Positions 1 to 12,800 of a stretch of 64,000 bases of DNA are shown here, piece after piece (position 1 is the first letter of the stretch; every line of letters begins with the position of its first letter). Where the stretch lies: positions 2,170,001 to 2,234,000 of the forward strand of contig CM060731.1 of the NCBI GenBank assembly GCA_030704615.1. Direction: 5' to 3'. Source of the DNA: Takakia lepidozioides. Taxonomy: Eukaryota; Plantae; Bryophyta. Under the pieces are notes generated by a model. That model made no database searches and was not told where the DNA came from. It worked only from the letters and a program-made list of their open reading frames with translations. The position numbers were made by a program, and so were the translations under genes.

Positions 1-2103
1 TATGGGTCATGTGGAGGATTGCCCACATCATCGGACCCATCCCAACCGTCGGAGTCGGAGTCCCTCGCGGCGTCGGTGTCATCATTGTTGCTAGATTGGA
101 CCTCTGAGGCAGATTCTTCAGACAACAAATTCTTCTCGTACCATGCAGATGCGTCACTTGTTGTCCTCTCTCGCAGTAGCTTACAATTCGTGTAGACATA
201 AACCAATTTGTCAGCCCTAGCAGGATTCAACCTGTTGCGAATCTTGTTGTGAACAAACGAGTAACTGCTCCAGTTCCGCTCACAGGACGAGGCAGAGCAC
301 ACTTGAGCAAGAATACGCTTTGCAATGGGAGCTAACGTTCTTGCTCCAGCTCCAATCAGATCCCACCATTCATGTGGCAACATGTTCATTGCTTTTGGAT
401 CCGACATGTCATGGGAAGGATTCTGGCGATCCGAGAAGCACTGGTACTCGGACAAAGCTCGCTCTGCCATGTTCAAGGGCGCAAGTTGCATGATAACCCG
501 TACAAGCCCGGCTTTGGCATCCACATCGTCTCTCAAATCCGTATTGTCCAACAAGAATGGATTCAGCAAGGCCCCCGCATAATGCCAGTCCGTGCGAACC
601 ATCCGTTTGCGGTCGTAAAATGCATCCTCGGTCCTTGCCGCCAAATCATCGTCCATAGAAAATGGAGGACGCCCTCAAGGATTGCACGTGCTTCTCAAGG
701 TTTTCGAATATCAACCATGTTTTACCCATTATTGGTTGTTTTCCATCAAACTCCCGCAAAGCAATCAACACCGGCTCCACCATATACACAAAATTTGCAC
801 ATTTCGCCCAGAAATCGTCGGAGCGAATGATTGCGCGGACCCTCCGACTTTTGCTCAAAAACTTGGACTTAGGAGAGTCGCGTAAGGTGCCCACATACGT
901 ATCCCATTGAGGGTCAATGATCACCTGCTCCAGAGCCGCCCTCACAGTCACCAGTCGATCCACCATCAAAAAGTTTGTGGCAAAGCGGGTTTCACCCGGG
1001 TTCCTAAGGCTGTATTTGGGTTCATGCTTTCTAAACAATGCCAGAGGGATGTAATGTGTACGAATGAACAACCGACTTTGCCCTTTTTACTAGTTGTTTC
1101 ATCCATGATTCTTTTCCCCAATCCTCCAAAAAGAGATCAAAGATATGAGCAGCACACCCTTGGTAATATAGATGGGGATATCGTACCATCAAAATATCGG
1201 CCATATTAACCATGTTAGATGCATTGTCCGTGCACACTTGGACAATTTTATCAGCTCCAATTTTATCGATGAAACTCGTCAACAACCCTGCTTGACGTGC
1301 ATCTTTTCTCTCCCCGCTTGTGTCAACGGATCCCAAAAATTGTTCCCCCGCAGGACAGACCAGCATGACATTGAACAGTGGTCGATTAGTAACAGAACTC
1401 CAACCGTCCGTACATATAGTGCTTCCATATTTCCGGAGAGAATCACCTGTCTTTTCATTCACCTTTTGGGTGAGATCAGTCATAGCCTCTTCTAGCAATC
1501 TTGTGCGGAGATCGCGATAACTCGGAGGTGTGTATGTGGACTTGGAATCGGACATGGCTTTGACAGCAGCCACAAATGCAGGAAGCCTCGAGACATTGAA
1601 CGGAATATTGGCCTCGTAGAAAAATTGGGCCCACTTCTTATCCAAAGTCCTCATGTGCGACAAATTTAAGCCTTCTTGCATTGATTGTTGCCTCAATGGT
1701 CTGGTCCGTACAAGTGCTGGCGTACAATCGGGTGTTGCTCCTGACCCACCGGCTTCTCCACGAATAGCAGACACCTCGCAAGAATCCCCCGGGTACAACT
1801 CTGAGGGACATTTTGATTCGAACATGGAGTGTTTGGCTCAGAAGCCGCGGCCACATCAAGAGACGGTGGGATATTGCCTCCACATTGGGCAAAGTGGGCT
1901 TTCACTTGCATGGAGGCTTTTGGGCACAAACTAACCCCTGCATTCTTCCCATCTCTATAGCCGAGGTGATATAACATGCGATCTTTGCGACCCGCCAGCT
2001 TCAATGCACATAGATTGCATTGAACATCGTCGTTTTTGTGTGGGTCTACGGTGAACCAAGGGATCCACTCCTCCCTCATCCTCACACCCAAAACCCTAAC
2101 CAT
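1..2103 (-). pseudogene. hAT-superfamily transposase, frameshifted (BED finger, DUF659-type DDE core, hAT dimerisation domain)
   Basis: ORFs 1693-2103 (W..F...QCNLC...RMLYHL, BED-like), 1031-1825 (FFYEANIPFN, TDGWSS, VQVCTDNASNM, CAAHIFDL) and 646-1071 (PGETRFATNFLM). Minus strand near 200-370 reads WWDLIG...VCSASSCERNWSSY...RNRL. Split over several frames; the end may run off the window. Confidence 0.92.
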
Positions 2104-2444
2104 AGACTTAAGGTTGAACGAAGAACACTAGTGTACTTGGTAGATTTGTCAAGAGCAATAGAAGTTAGAACATAATGCGATGGCCCAACACTACGACATC
2201 AATCCAAGTGGATCAATGCACCATGTAGTATTGTGCTTTTCGACAATTTGCTGCAGTAGCTCTGATGGAAGCCACAACAGCAAACGGTCCGCACCCTCCT
2301 CTTGGGCTTACACTCTTGCTCAAGGAATAGAGAACATTCACTCGCCACAAAAGTGTTTGCCATAAAAGAAGTGAGGGGCATTGGGACCACCTTATATACC
2401 CTCCAGCCTCCAAGCCTCATACGCTCGACGAATCAGAATCCAAT

Positions 2445-2997
2445 GCTGCGACCGCTCCAGGTCGCACGAGGAAGTCGCATGTTATTTTTAAAAAAAAACT
2501 GCTGCAACCACCCTCATGCTGGTGGTCGCAGATATTAAAAAACAGAAAATTGCTGCGACCACCCCCCTGTGGGTGGTCGCACCTATTAAAAAAAAGAAAA
2601 ATGCTGCGATCACCTCCATGCTCGTGGTCACAGAGATTATTTTTTATTAAAAAATAAATAATTGTTGCGACCACCCCTGCTGGTGGTCGCACCTATTAAA
2701 AAAACAAAAAAATGCTGCAACCACCCCCATACTGGTGGCCGCAGATATTAAAAAATAGAAAAATGTTGCGACCACCCCCCTGATGGTGGTCGCACCTACT
2801 ATAAATAAAATAAAAATTGTGCGACCACCAGTAGCGGTGGTCGCAACTGTTTAAGAAAAGAAAAAAATGCGACCACCCCTGCTGGTGGTCGCATCTATTT
2901 TAAAAAACAAAAAATGCTCCGACAACCCCTCTGCTGGTGGTCGCAACTATTAAAAAATAAGATAAATTCTGCGACCACCACCATTTGGAGGTCGCAC
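2445..2997. repeat. Array of about 11 hairpin units TGCGACCACC-N(6-9)-GGTGGTCGCA with A-rich linkers (about 51 bp period), upstream of the hAT gene
   Basis: Read directly, e.g. tgcgaccacccccctgtgggtggtcgca near 2554 and tgcgaccacccctgctggtggtcgca near 2666 and 2868. Confidence 0.9.
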
Positions 2998-3214
2998 CAA
3001 TTTAACAATAATGATTTAAAAATGACCTCAAATATTGGCGGATGGAGTAATTTATAAAACAATTCATTCACTTGCCAAGGTGTCGCTTGGAATACAACGT
3101 GTCCACCTACGTGGCATATTTTTCACCTAACTCATGTTTTACTGATTTTTCGGCGAAACTGACGTGACGTTGGTCGTGTCAGCGTCAGGTCCAATGTGAC
3201 GTGACGTCACTGAC

Positions 3215-4221
3215 GTGTGCAACCCTGATGCGGGGGAGGGTAGTGGGGTAACAAAAGAGCAGGGGAAGGAGACTACAAAGAAGGGAGAGGGTGGGAAGAA
3301 GAACATGCCCTTGGCGATACATGACGTGGAGTTGGCAAAGATTGTGGTGCCACCGGTGGAGGTGAATCGCCATGGTGACCCCTGCGGTGCGTTCTGGGAG
3401 GCTATGAAGAAGCCAGCCTTCGAACTCGCAATGAGGTGGTTCCCTTTGCACATCGAGTGGGCTGATCAGCACTTTGGCGCGAAGCGGGCGTATGCCCGTG
3501 AGTTAGACCGCCGGTTTCCAGGCGATAGATCATTCGGAGGGCAATAGAAAAGGGGGCCATACCCAACCACCTTATGGAATTACACAGGTTGGCAAATCCT
3601 AAATCATTTCATCTTCCATTTGTCGCATGTGCATTAATGAGGTGGATTCGATGCAACGTATGTGTGTAATTCACTAATTGTTGGGGGGGGGGGGGGGGGC
3701 ATAGGTATCGTGGGATGCACTCGTTGCGGGAGAGAATGATGTGGCAAACAAGGCCAAATTTGACCGGGCACGCGAAGCAACAACAGTCCGCCTTGACAAG
3801 CACGAATCCACACACAAGTGGGGCACCGGCGGATCCAAGGGTTTTATCTTGCGATTTGTAAGTCGTACGTCCCTATTGTTATGTGTTCTTTCTGGCTCCA
3901 TCATCGCAAAGAACTGACTTTAATTTGTGGCATGTGTAGCAACGCGCCTTTGAGAGGAAGCCATCTCCGGTAGAATACAACTACGCCAAGGAGCATGGTT
4001 GGCAATCCCTCATGAAGAACATGGCCAACACGGAGGGGATGAGTGCACTACAGGGCACTAGTATGGATGAGGTCGGGGGTCATGGCCAGGGATTGGATGA
4101 GAGCTCTGTGGGACTTAGGGGAATGCCGCCTCATTTAGGTGCTCTGGCAAAGGGCGCGGAGTCAACAGGCTCATCGGATAGCTCTAAGTCCTCCGTTGAG
4201 GATGAGGATGAGGATGACTAG
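3215..4221 (+). pseudogene. Probable CACTA ORF2 (TnpA/Ptta-like) remnant, multi-exon
   Basis: ORF 3215-3547 (VEVNRHGDPCG..W....R.FP...W.DQ) resembles EnSpm accessory proteins. Acidic tail at 4012-4221. Followed by the same GCGACG/CGTCGC subterminal motifs as the CACTA at 9.2-17 kb. Confidence 0.4.
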
Positions 4222-4489
4222 TCCTAGTCCATGTAGGTCCCAGGGTCAGCCTACTGAACCCTTGTGAGCTTTTCAGCTCATTTCCTGTAAATATATTTCC
4301 ATCTTTCCATCTTCCATCTTATTCATGTGTCGCGCCGTCCTCACCCTCGATTCATGCTTGCTCAATTGTGTACCTGCTAAATCAGAGAAATGGAAGCTGT
4401 AAGGTCTCCTATCCCCAAAAACAAAACCAGGCAAAAAACAAAAACCACCCCTAATTCACCCCCATCCCCCCCCCCCCACCACCACGCTG

Positions 4490-4845
4490 CCCTCGCGACT
4501 GCAGGACGTCGCCATTGGCGACGTGCTTTTTGGGTGGGGGTCGCAAGCCGCGACGTTCAAGCGTCGCCAATCCCATTTGCGGGTGGGCAACGCCTGACAC
4601 CCCCTCCGACGTGTTTTTTTGGTCCGGGGGTCGCAAGCCGCGACGCCAGGAGCCCGCCACCCTGTCTGCGCCACGGTTTTTTTTTTTTTTTTTGGATTAA
4701 ATATAAAAAACAGCGACACCAGAGCGTCGCGAAAATCCACGCCCGGGCATGGCGGAGCCCGACTCCTGCTCCTGCTGTTTTTTTTTTTTGCCACGCCCAA
4801 TAGTCGCTTGCAGCGACGCACGGGCATCGCTTGGCGTACCACGTG
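4490..4845. repeat. Cluster of GCGACG/CGTCGC inverted motifs (CACTA-type subterminal repeats)
   Basis: gtcgcaagccgcgacg occurs twice, with many gcgac/gtcgc pairs. Same motif family as 9200-9665 and 16800-17040. Confidence 0.75.
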
Positions 4846-4999
4846 TTTTTGGGTTTTAGAATGGGACTCCCGGGCAGGTTACGCCCTCACCACTGCCGTC
4901 GGTTGGAGGGCAGCGATGGCGAGTCGTCGCTCGCAGGAGGCCCCTACCATCGGCGTGGATGGCCCGAAAAGCGACGTTCGGCAGTTTTTCCAGCATGGC

Positions 5000-5892
5000 C
5001 CTAGTGTAGACAGGCATGGGCAGGACCAATACAGCTTACCTCCGATCTGCTGGAGCTTGAAGGAACTCCTCCCAGTTCGCCACACAGTGGCAACTGATGT
5101 ACTTGTGTTTAGGCAAAAGGTAGACCGCCTCACCCAACTAATCCCAGACTTCCCGGTCTGACTTGAGCCAAAATGAGACTTTGGCGATGGAGCGGATGAT
5201 GCGTTCCATGACAATCAGGATATAGGGAGGGTATTCGGTGGCTTCCTCCACCTGACTGAGCCCCACGCGTTCATATTTGAAGCTTTTGCCAAGAAAGATC
5301 ACTACGTCCGTGGCACAATGAGAAAAGCGCTGCTCAAGCACCCCGATGACTACCTCCTCCCAAGTCGGATCAGTAGCAGCCGTAGCAACCTTGGCCTCAC
5401 AAAGATTGGCAAACACAATAGCCATGCCACCCTTGACAAATTCCCAGAGCCTCAAAGGACCAGGCCTGTTGGGATGCAAGAAGCTCTCCAAATCACGGCC
5501 AAGCTCACGAGAAACTGTAAACTTAGCAACACCTATTTCCGCCCAGCTGAATCGTTCACCAGCACTCATCCGACGTTTGAGCACTGAAAATGGGATGTGC
5601 TGAGCAATCTCCTCCGCGTGCAGTTCCTGCAACAATTTCCCATCCCAAGCCCCCTGCAGTGCTTCGTCCACTTTGCGCTTTTGCTCACGTTTTTGAGCGG
5701 CAGTGGTTGTAATTTTGGCAGCCTCCCCATAACGATTTCTTCACGTGTCCATGCTTCCTTGTTATCAACAGGAGCGTATTTGCAGATATCTTCGCTTAGA
5801 CGGACTCGTAATTCATGCAAAAAGGTAAGCTCAAAGTTGAGTTCAGGAGTAATCTCAGGAAACAGCGGCTCAGAGTGGGAAGGAGACGCCAT
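5000..5892 (-). pseudogene. Unassigned frameshifted coding sequence, probably TE-associated
   Basis: Overlapping minus-strand ORFs 5566-5892 and 5138-5671 read as one protein-like sequence across a frameshift. No family recognised. Confidence 0.35.
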
Positions 5893-5990
5893 CGTGCACA
5901 GCAGACAGAATCAAGACAAGTTTGCACAAACCAAAAACAAAAACGACGAAGCAAGGAGTGTAAGCCGCCGCCATTGTGCTTGCTAACGGC

Positions 5991-6545
5991 TGTACCTTAT
6001 GCTCCTGCACAACACCAACACCTGAAAATCATCAGTTCATACATCCATAGCAACAGATACAGTGCCCCCCATCTCCACCAAGATTCCGGGGCCGGGGATA
6101 TATTCCCCTTTTTGTCCGGTATTACCAGTATGAGGGTTGTAGCACAGTAGGGCAGTGACTCGCTTGATAGGACGGAACCTTGTACAACGATTAACCTTAC
6201 TTTCACACTTTCATCCAAACACCACAAAGGTGCACCGTACAAGATCTGTAACCAAAATCCACCACCCCGATTTCTTGAGGGCTTTGATTTATATAGTACT
6301 TAGGCATATAATCCTATCCAGCCAAACGGCCATCATTCATTGGCTGGCCAGATGCCATCCCAGCTAGGCCACACAATCAGGCCACCTCATCTAATCTAAT
6401 CCTAATCTAACTGTTAACTAAAGACAATATCAACTTAATATAGCCAGTTGTACCGGCTCCTAATGCGTAACGGCTACTCTACCACCATCCATCCAGGATT
6501 AACTGTGAGTTTCATCCATCGCGTCATTCGTTACTCTGAATGAGC
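5991..6545 (-). mobile_element. LTR-like segment (distal part of a retrotransposon 3' LTR)
   Basis: Minus strand ends ...AAGGTACA, like the LTR end GGGTAACA at 63014. ctaatctaac/ttag motifs resemble 62600-62630. Lies downstream of the gag remnant. Confidence 0.4.
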
Positions 6546-6546
6546 A

Positions 6547-7963
6547 TCACCATCCTGCTCCATGGACGCTATTCCTGAGCATTTTTCCTTGCTCAATTCT
6601 GTTGGCTGTTTCAAATGTCTCTTCTACTGTATTATGTGGTAACATATCCACCTTTCTTTGTAACTCAGGTCTCAGACCATTTACAAACCAGGTCTTTTGT
6701 AAACCTGCAGGTGGCACATTAGCCAGTTTCCTGATAATTAATTCCATCTTTTTCAGATACTCCTCAATAGTTTCATGCTTCCTCTGTCTCAACTGTCGTA
6801 CACATGTGCTCAAATTGATTGACGTGTACATCAGGATCCCCTTTCCCTGAGTAGACCGGAAAAAGGTGGTCTCATATTTGTTGGAGCTACTGCTGCCATT
6901 TGTGGCCCTACTCCCGGTCCTGTGGCTGATGCTAGACCTCCTGTAGGTGTTGGTCCTTGAGGACCCCCTGTGATAGTAGTTGAACACCACCAGGTGTTGA
7001 TCCTTAAGCACTTACTGTTACAGGTCCTCCTGTATTTGCAATACCCCCAGTTCCAGTTGCGCTACTTCCCACACTCCTTGTCCCTCCAGAGACGGATCCA
7101 AGTTGTCTGCCTGATTCCCCTGAACTGACACCTTTGTTGGCCAGTGATTCAAGTGTGTCACTTGATCCTGGTCCAATAGGTTGGGATGTCCTGGTTGCAG
7201 TACCAACATCAACTGTTGGGTCTATGTCTTCATAATCTTCGTCTTCCAAGTTTTTATCTCGGTTTTCATCCTCCAAGTTCTTATCTTGGTTAACTCAATT
7301 GAATTGGTGTTGGAGAGTCTGAACTCTCTGCAGGCTCTTCCTCATCCTCCTCTCCTTTGTTGGCTGGTGTATCAGAAACTGGAGTTCCTGCTCTTGGTGT
7401 ACCGTGCCAACTCTGATAAAAGATTTCTATCAAATTCCAGGGATGCACCTCCGATCTTTCCCCTCGAGGTTGACCCTCTTCCTGCACCAACTCTCTTAAT
7501 CTTTATTGTAAAGAATAAGAGGGAGTGGCATCTAAATTAGGATCTTCAAGTATTGGTGATGTACCCTCTGGTTTTGGTGGAGTGAGAGGTCCAGATGATT
7601 CTCCTATGTCCAATCCTCTCTCCTAGAGATATGGATAGTTAGCTTTTAAATAGCGTTATCTTTTTGATGTATATCTCTCTCTTCTTGCTTCCCTTTCATC
7701 ACTCATGACCCATGTCTTTGATGTCCTTCATGAGGCAATACCCACAACTCTCTCCTGTAGTACCTCTCGTATATGCCTGGATTTCTTTCAAGCTTTAATG
7801 CATCCTTGACTAGACTAGAAGACTCAGTTACCATATAACCATATGGAAGGCAGGTCTGAAAGGTTGTTCTTGGTGTAAGCTTGATCCACAAGATATCCTT
7901 GGGAGTCCAATTCTTTACCAATTCAAGCATATGAGTGTAAACGTTCACTCTTGATTCTTTCAA
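6547..7963 (-). mobile_element. Ty3/Gypsy gag remnant plus upstream ORF
   Basis: LRQRKHETIEEYLKKME...WFVNGLRPELQ retrotransposon gag motif. Near-identical to 52608-53830 but lacks about 200 bp of it. A possible 5' LTR end (minus AAGGTAACA near 9038) and PBS-like TGGTTCTCGTGGC lie upstream (tentative). Confidence 0.8.
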
Positions 7964-8221
7964 ACTCTACTCATTTAATAGATAGCAATGCTATCACATA
8001 AACTAGTGTTGGTAACCATCTATCTCTCCCTTTACAGGCCACTTGATAAAGAGAAGAGACAAAACGCCGCCATTGCGCATCCCTAGGAGATCGTCCAGCA
8101 TGGGTATGATGCAGCAAACAGGGTATCAGCAAAATGCAGACGCCATAACTCTCATCCCGCGAGCTCAGAAGCACGAGCAGTGCTTCTGACGGCGGGAGAG
8201 ACACCCTAGGGCTCATGCCCG

Positions 8222-8835
8222 ATTTTTCATCCGTGCAGGATGATTAATCAACACCACATTTTACGAAACCCAACGGATGTCATCCGTTAGCTAGGTTTAA
8301 ACAGTAGGTTATAGGGTAGGGGTTAGGGTTTTACTCCTTAATTAACCATAATTAAGGGTAATTAATCATCAGTCCAGGGCCATCATAAGCTACATATTTC
8401 ATCCGGTTCAGATGAAAAAGTCAATAAGTTCATCCGTTGAAAGTTCGTCAGTAGGATGGAAAAATAGTAAATAACATCCAAAGCATCGGTTTTACATCCT
8501 AACATGTAATTCAACATCCCAAAAAAAAAATGCCTTATCCAGTACGGAAAAAAGCCATAAAAGAGGAATGAACGAATTAATATCCTGGTATTTTTCATCC
8601 GATATGGATGGAAAAAATAAATATAGGATGCCAGTGTCAACCCCTACAGAGGTAATTCCTCATTCTCTGGTGACTCATCTTGTATGGATGAAAGTCAATA
8701 AAAGAAGAATGAAAAAATCATAGACTCAGCTTAGAGGTAATTTAGTGTCCACCCTGGTAGTTCATCCAGTATGGATGAAAAGTTGTTATAGGGTGGGTGA
8801 AAAAACTGTCACAATCCATCCGGTATAGATGGAAA
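8222..8835. repeat. Dispersed hairpin motif TTCATCC-N(6-7)-GGATGAA
   Basis: ttcatccagtatggatgaaa at 8761, tttttcatccgatatggatggaaaaa near 8590, ttcatccggttcagatgaaa near 8398, and further degenerate copies. Confidence 0.7.
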
Positions 8836-9859
8836 AATAGGAAATTAACACTGATAAAACCGGCCAATTCCAAGGAGGAATGGGGACGATCGTCTGGCAC
8901 CCTCACAGACGACCTCCGTCATTTAAAACTTTTTTCTCTTTAATCTGTTCAATCAAAGCTGGTAAATCTGACTGAAACGGACACCATGTTCACATACCTC
9001 TGACCTGCTTGAGGCTTGCCACGAGAACCAGTAGGCTTGTTACCTTGAATATGTGGGCATCAGAATTCGAGGGGCGTCTGGTTACTTCATTTTTCATGGC
9101 CAAAATTGGTCATGTACCTCACTACAAAATTGGTGCAGCTCCTGTACAATGGCAGGAAGTAGCTCATCTGTGCAAAGCTCCCCCCCACTACAGCAAATGG
9201 GGGGGGTTTGCGACGCCAGCCGTGCCCCCACGCCCCGCGCGGCACGCCCGAGTGTGTGACGCCAACCCCGCGGCGTTTTTTTGCGAAGCCCGTCCGTCGC
9301 AAACAGACACCGCGGGTCGCCACCTGGCGCCGAGGCCATGCGGTGACGCCCGGCCATCGCACGGGCGGATGAAGGGCAGGAGGCAGCCCTTCCGTGCGAC
9401 GCCCACGCGTCGCCCCCCAACGAAGGGTAGAAGGCAGCCCTTTCTGGCGATGGCCGGCCGTCGCCAGCGCAAAAAGGCAGCCCTTTCTTGCCCTTTCTTT
9501 CATCACAGCCCTTGTTGGCGACGCCAGGCCGTCACATGGTGGCATGAATGGCAAAATGCATTGGCAACGGCCGGGCGTCGCAAACAAAGGCTGCCCAATT
9601 CTTTAAAAAAAAAAAACATGACGCATCCTGTGACAGCGTGCCGTCGTTGTTTGCGACCCCCGGCGGATATATCCTAAAAACGCGTTGTAGGCAACGACTG
9701 CAAGGCTTTCTAGGTTTAGGTTTAGGGCTTTTGGGGGTTCTTAGTTTTTTTTTTTTTTTTTTTTTTTTTCCCATATGGTACTGGGGTAAGGCGTTTGTTT
9801 TTCTTTATGGTTTAGCTTGTTGTTGTGGACCTTCTTGTAGATTGTGACATTCATTTTGA

Positions 9860-12800
9860 TAATTCTCTTGATACCACATCTGTATGTGTTGCTCCAACAT
9901 ATTCAATGCCTCTACCTTCTTTCTTAAAGACTACCAGCCATAGCCATATTTGATCAATCATAGAAATAAGCTACAATATGCATGTACATGTACAATCAAT
10001 CGAAGGGATGGGTACAGTTCGTTGCGAGAATTGTTATGTAGTTTTGATTTCATGTCTAATCAACTTGAACATCATCATCCGGAGCTTCTTCATCCTCATC
10101 AAGCTGCAAGTCTTCTTGGTCATCGGAGTCATCGTCATAAATGGTCCGGCCCTCAAAAGGCACCTCCGAATCATCCTCCACCTCGTTGTCAATGGCCGTG
10201 TCTTCGTCTCCTTCTCCAATATCCGTATCTTCTGGAGCTTCATCATAAAGGGTCCGGGTTGCATTCTCCGGGGCGTCATCATCATCTTCTACCCCCTCTA
10301 CCCAACCTCCATCATCAACATCATTATGACCAGTCTCTCCGTCCACCGCAATTGCCTCACCCCATGGAGATCCGAGACCATGATAGATACGTCTTCCTCT
10401 GGCTGAGCATGCACAACCACCTTCCAATTCCCCCCTCTTGAGCCTATCTGTATTGACGCGCATAAAACCACAATCATCTTGCACTAGTGTTGCGGAGGGC
10501 CCCACAAGATGTGGCTGGAACTACCTTCCCTTGAAGAGAAGAGGCCGGTATACTGAAGTTGGAGTATGCTCTCAAGCTCTCCAATCTACTCAAGTTTGCT
10601 CATAGCAAGTCGTGTATCTCCCTTGCCCTACACAGAGTCTTGCCAATATGTGGCACACAAGCCAGAATCAAACGTTGTTTTGCGCTTCATGTCAAGAGCA
10701 CGAATGCGGAAATGACGACCGTGAACCCAAACCGCCGTGTATGAGGTCGCGAATTGAGAGAGGCCCCTTGCAATGTCTTGCACCAAATCTAAAACCACCT
10801 CTGCTTGAGCAACGGTGTCATAAACTGAAGTCCGAAGCCACTGTTGGAATGAACTTAGAGGTTGCAATTCCATGGGCAAATTTTGTGAAGGAACATTCTG
10901 GCGGCCCGCTCCTCGTCGAGGGCGTCTAGTAACCGGCCTTGGATGGTTCCACCTCCATGCAAGCGTCTCCTCCTCTTGTTGTTGAACAAGGTTATTGTAT
11001 CTTGCCTCCCATTCAATTATGGATGGGGTGTTCTTCAGTATGAAGTCATGCGCTTGCTCAATCACCAAGGTCGGCAATTTTACCTTCTTCGATTTTTTGG
11101 GCAAAACGATGTCATTGGTTCGTGCATCCTCCTCTTCCTTCCACATCCGAGGGGCTTCCTCATCCACCCTTGCCATGTACTCCGTGCAATAGAACATAGC
11201 TTCTCGCAACGAATACCCCTCCGCCATGTTACCCTCCGGGTGCGCCATTTGTCTTACAAATCCTTTCAAAGTCTTCATATAACGCTCAAGGAAGTACATC
11301 CACCGAGAATGAACGGGGCCGGCAATCGAAGCCTCTCCCACTAAGTGCACTACCAAGTGCACTTGGATGTCAAAGAAGGAGGGAGGAAGGTGCATCTCCA
11401 ACATACACATTACCTCCGCCGTCTCCTTCTTCATGCGTGGAAAATCCGCTTCCTCCAACTCTTTGGAGCAAATCCACCGGAACAAGCCTCCCAATCTATA
11501 AATTGTCTCACGAACCTCGGGAGTCAATGTCCCACGTACTGCAATGGGCAAGATGTCTTGCAATAGATTGTGGTAGTCATGAGACTTCAAACCATGGACC
11601 CCGTCTTCTTTGCTGAACTTCGTACGGAGGAATGACCCATAACCAGTTGGTGTTCGGACAACACTTATGGTGGCTATCACTTTCTTGTATTCCTGCTTTG
11701 TCCATTGCCAAGGTGCGCGCCTATACTTCCACCGTACAACACCCTTTGGGTCCACACCATTTTGTTCGGCCCATAGATGGCACATGCGACCCTGCTCCTC
11801 AAGCTCCTTTCTAACACCGAGAGAATCTCCTTTTGCAACCACTCCCTTCTTTGTCGGCGTGCCATGAAGAACCCGAAAAAAGGACGAGCATACATTCTTC
11901 TTAATATGCATCGGATCTAGAAGATGGCGAATCTTCAGGTCCTACATATATCCCCACCCACAAATACTTACACAAATTTTTGATGTGAAAGTGACAATGC
12001 AACGCATACCAAATGTGCATCATCACATGCATGCATAGGGATATTGACGGTGTTTTTGTGGAATATGTACCGCCCAATATGGCAACTCGTAGAAGATTGA
12101 AAGTCGCTTCATGCCGGGCACGTCCAATTCACCGTCTGTGCCCGCATGGGCCTCCTTCCATCGGTCCTCCCAAAACTGCCCGGATGGTGTCATAGGGGGG
12201 GACGTACTTCATCTTTGCCATCAAACAAGTGTTTCTCTCTTTTTCTCCATCGATGGCTCATAGGAAAAAACTTGCGGTAGTTGGGATACACCATCTTGTG
12301 AAGATGGCGGGAGCTATGTGCATCAAGATCATTGCCATAATACATGCATGCATGGTACCCTTTGGTGCTTAGCCCCGAGCAAATAGTTAGTCATGTACTA
12401 CACATCCCGCCACATTAGCAAAGACAAAAAGTTGTCATGTGCATGGCCCATAATGTCATCTACCCCACTACGGTGCACAAGACTGTCGCCGTTACTTCAA
12501 TCAATCCCAATCCTCATCGATATTATCCGGCATTGACAAGTGAATGTACACGGGTTGTTCATGGGGAACATAATATACCTGGATAATCATGCATTGTCCA
12601 AAGCAAGATGCCTCTCATCTGAAAAGATTGTTTGGCCATAGGGTCAAGTGAAGCATCCAATGCCGGGACCCCCCTCCATACCTCCTTAAGTTCATCAACA
12701 AGAGGTCGCAAGTACGTGTCTATGTTTGCCACTTGTTTTTTCCCTATGAGACATTCACATCATTGTTTCAATGCTCCACCAATATGCTACAAAATGAATT

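Noticed and set aside
2230-2300. F-box-like peptide LLWLPSELLQQIVEK on the minus strand
   Set aside because: Only the first half of the motif is present, bounded by stops. Too short to support.
5991-9185. An intact LTR pair around the first gag remnant
   Set aside because: The two candidate LTR ends (5991 and about 9038) share only the terminal few bases, and no TSD was found.
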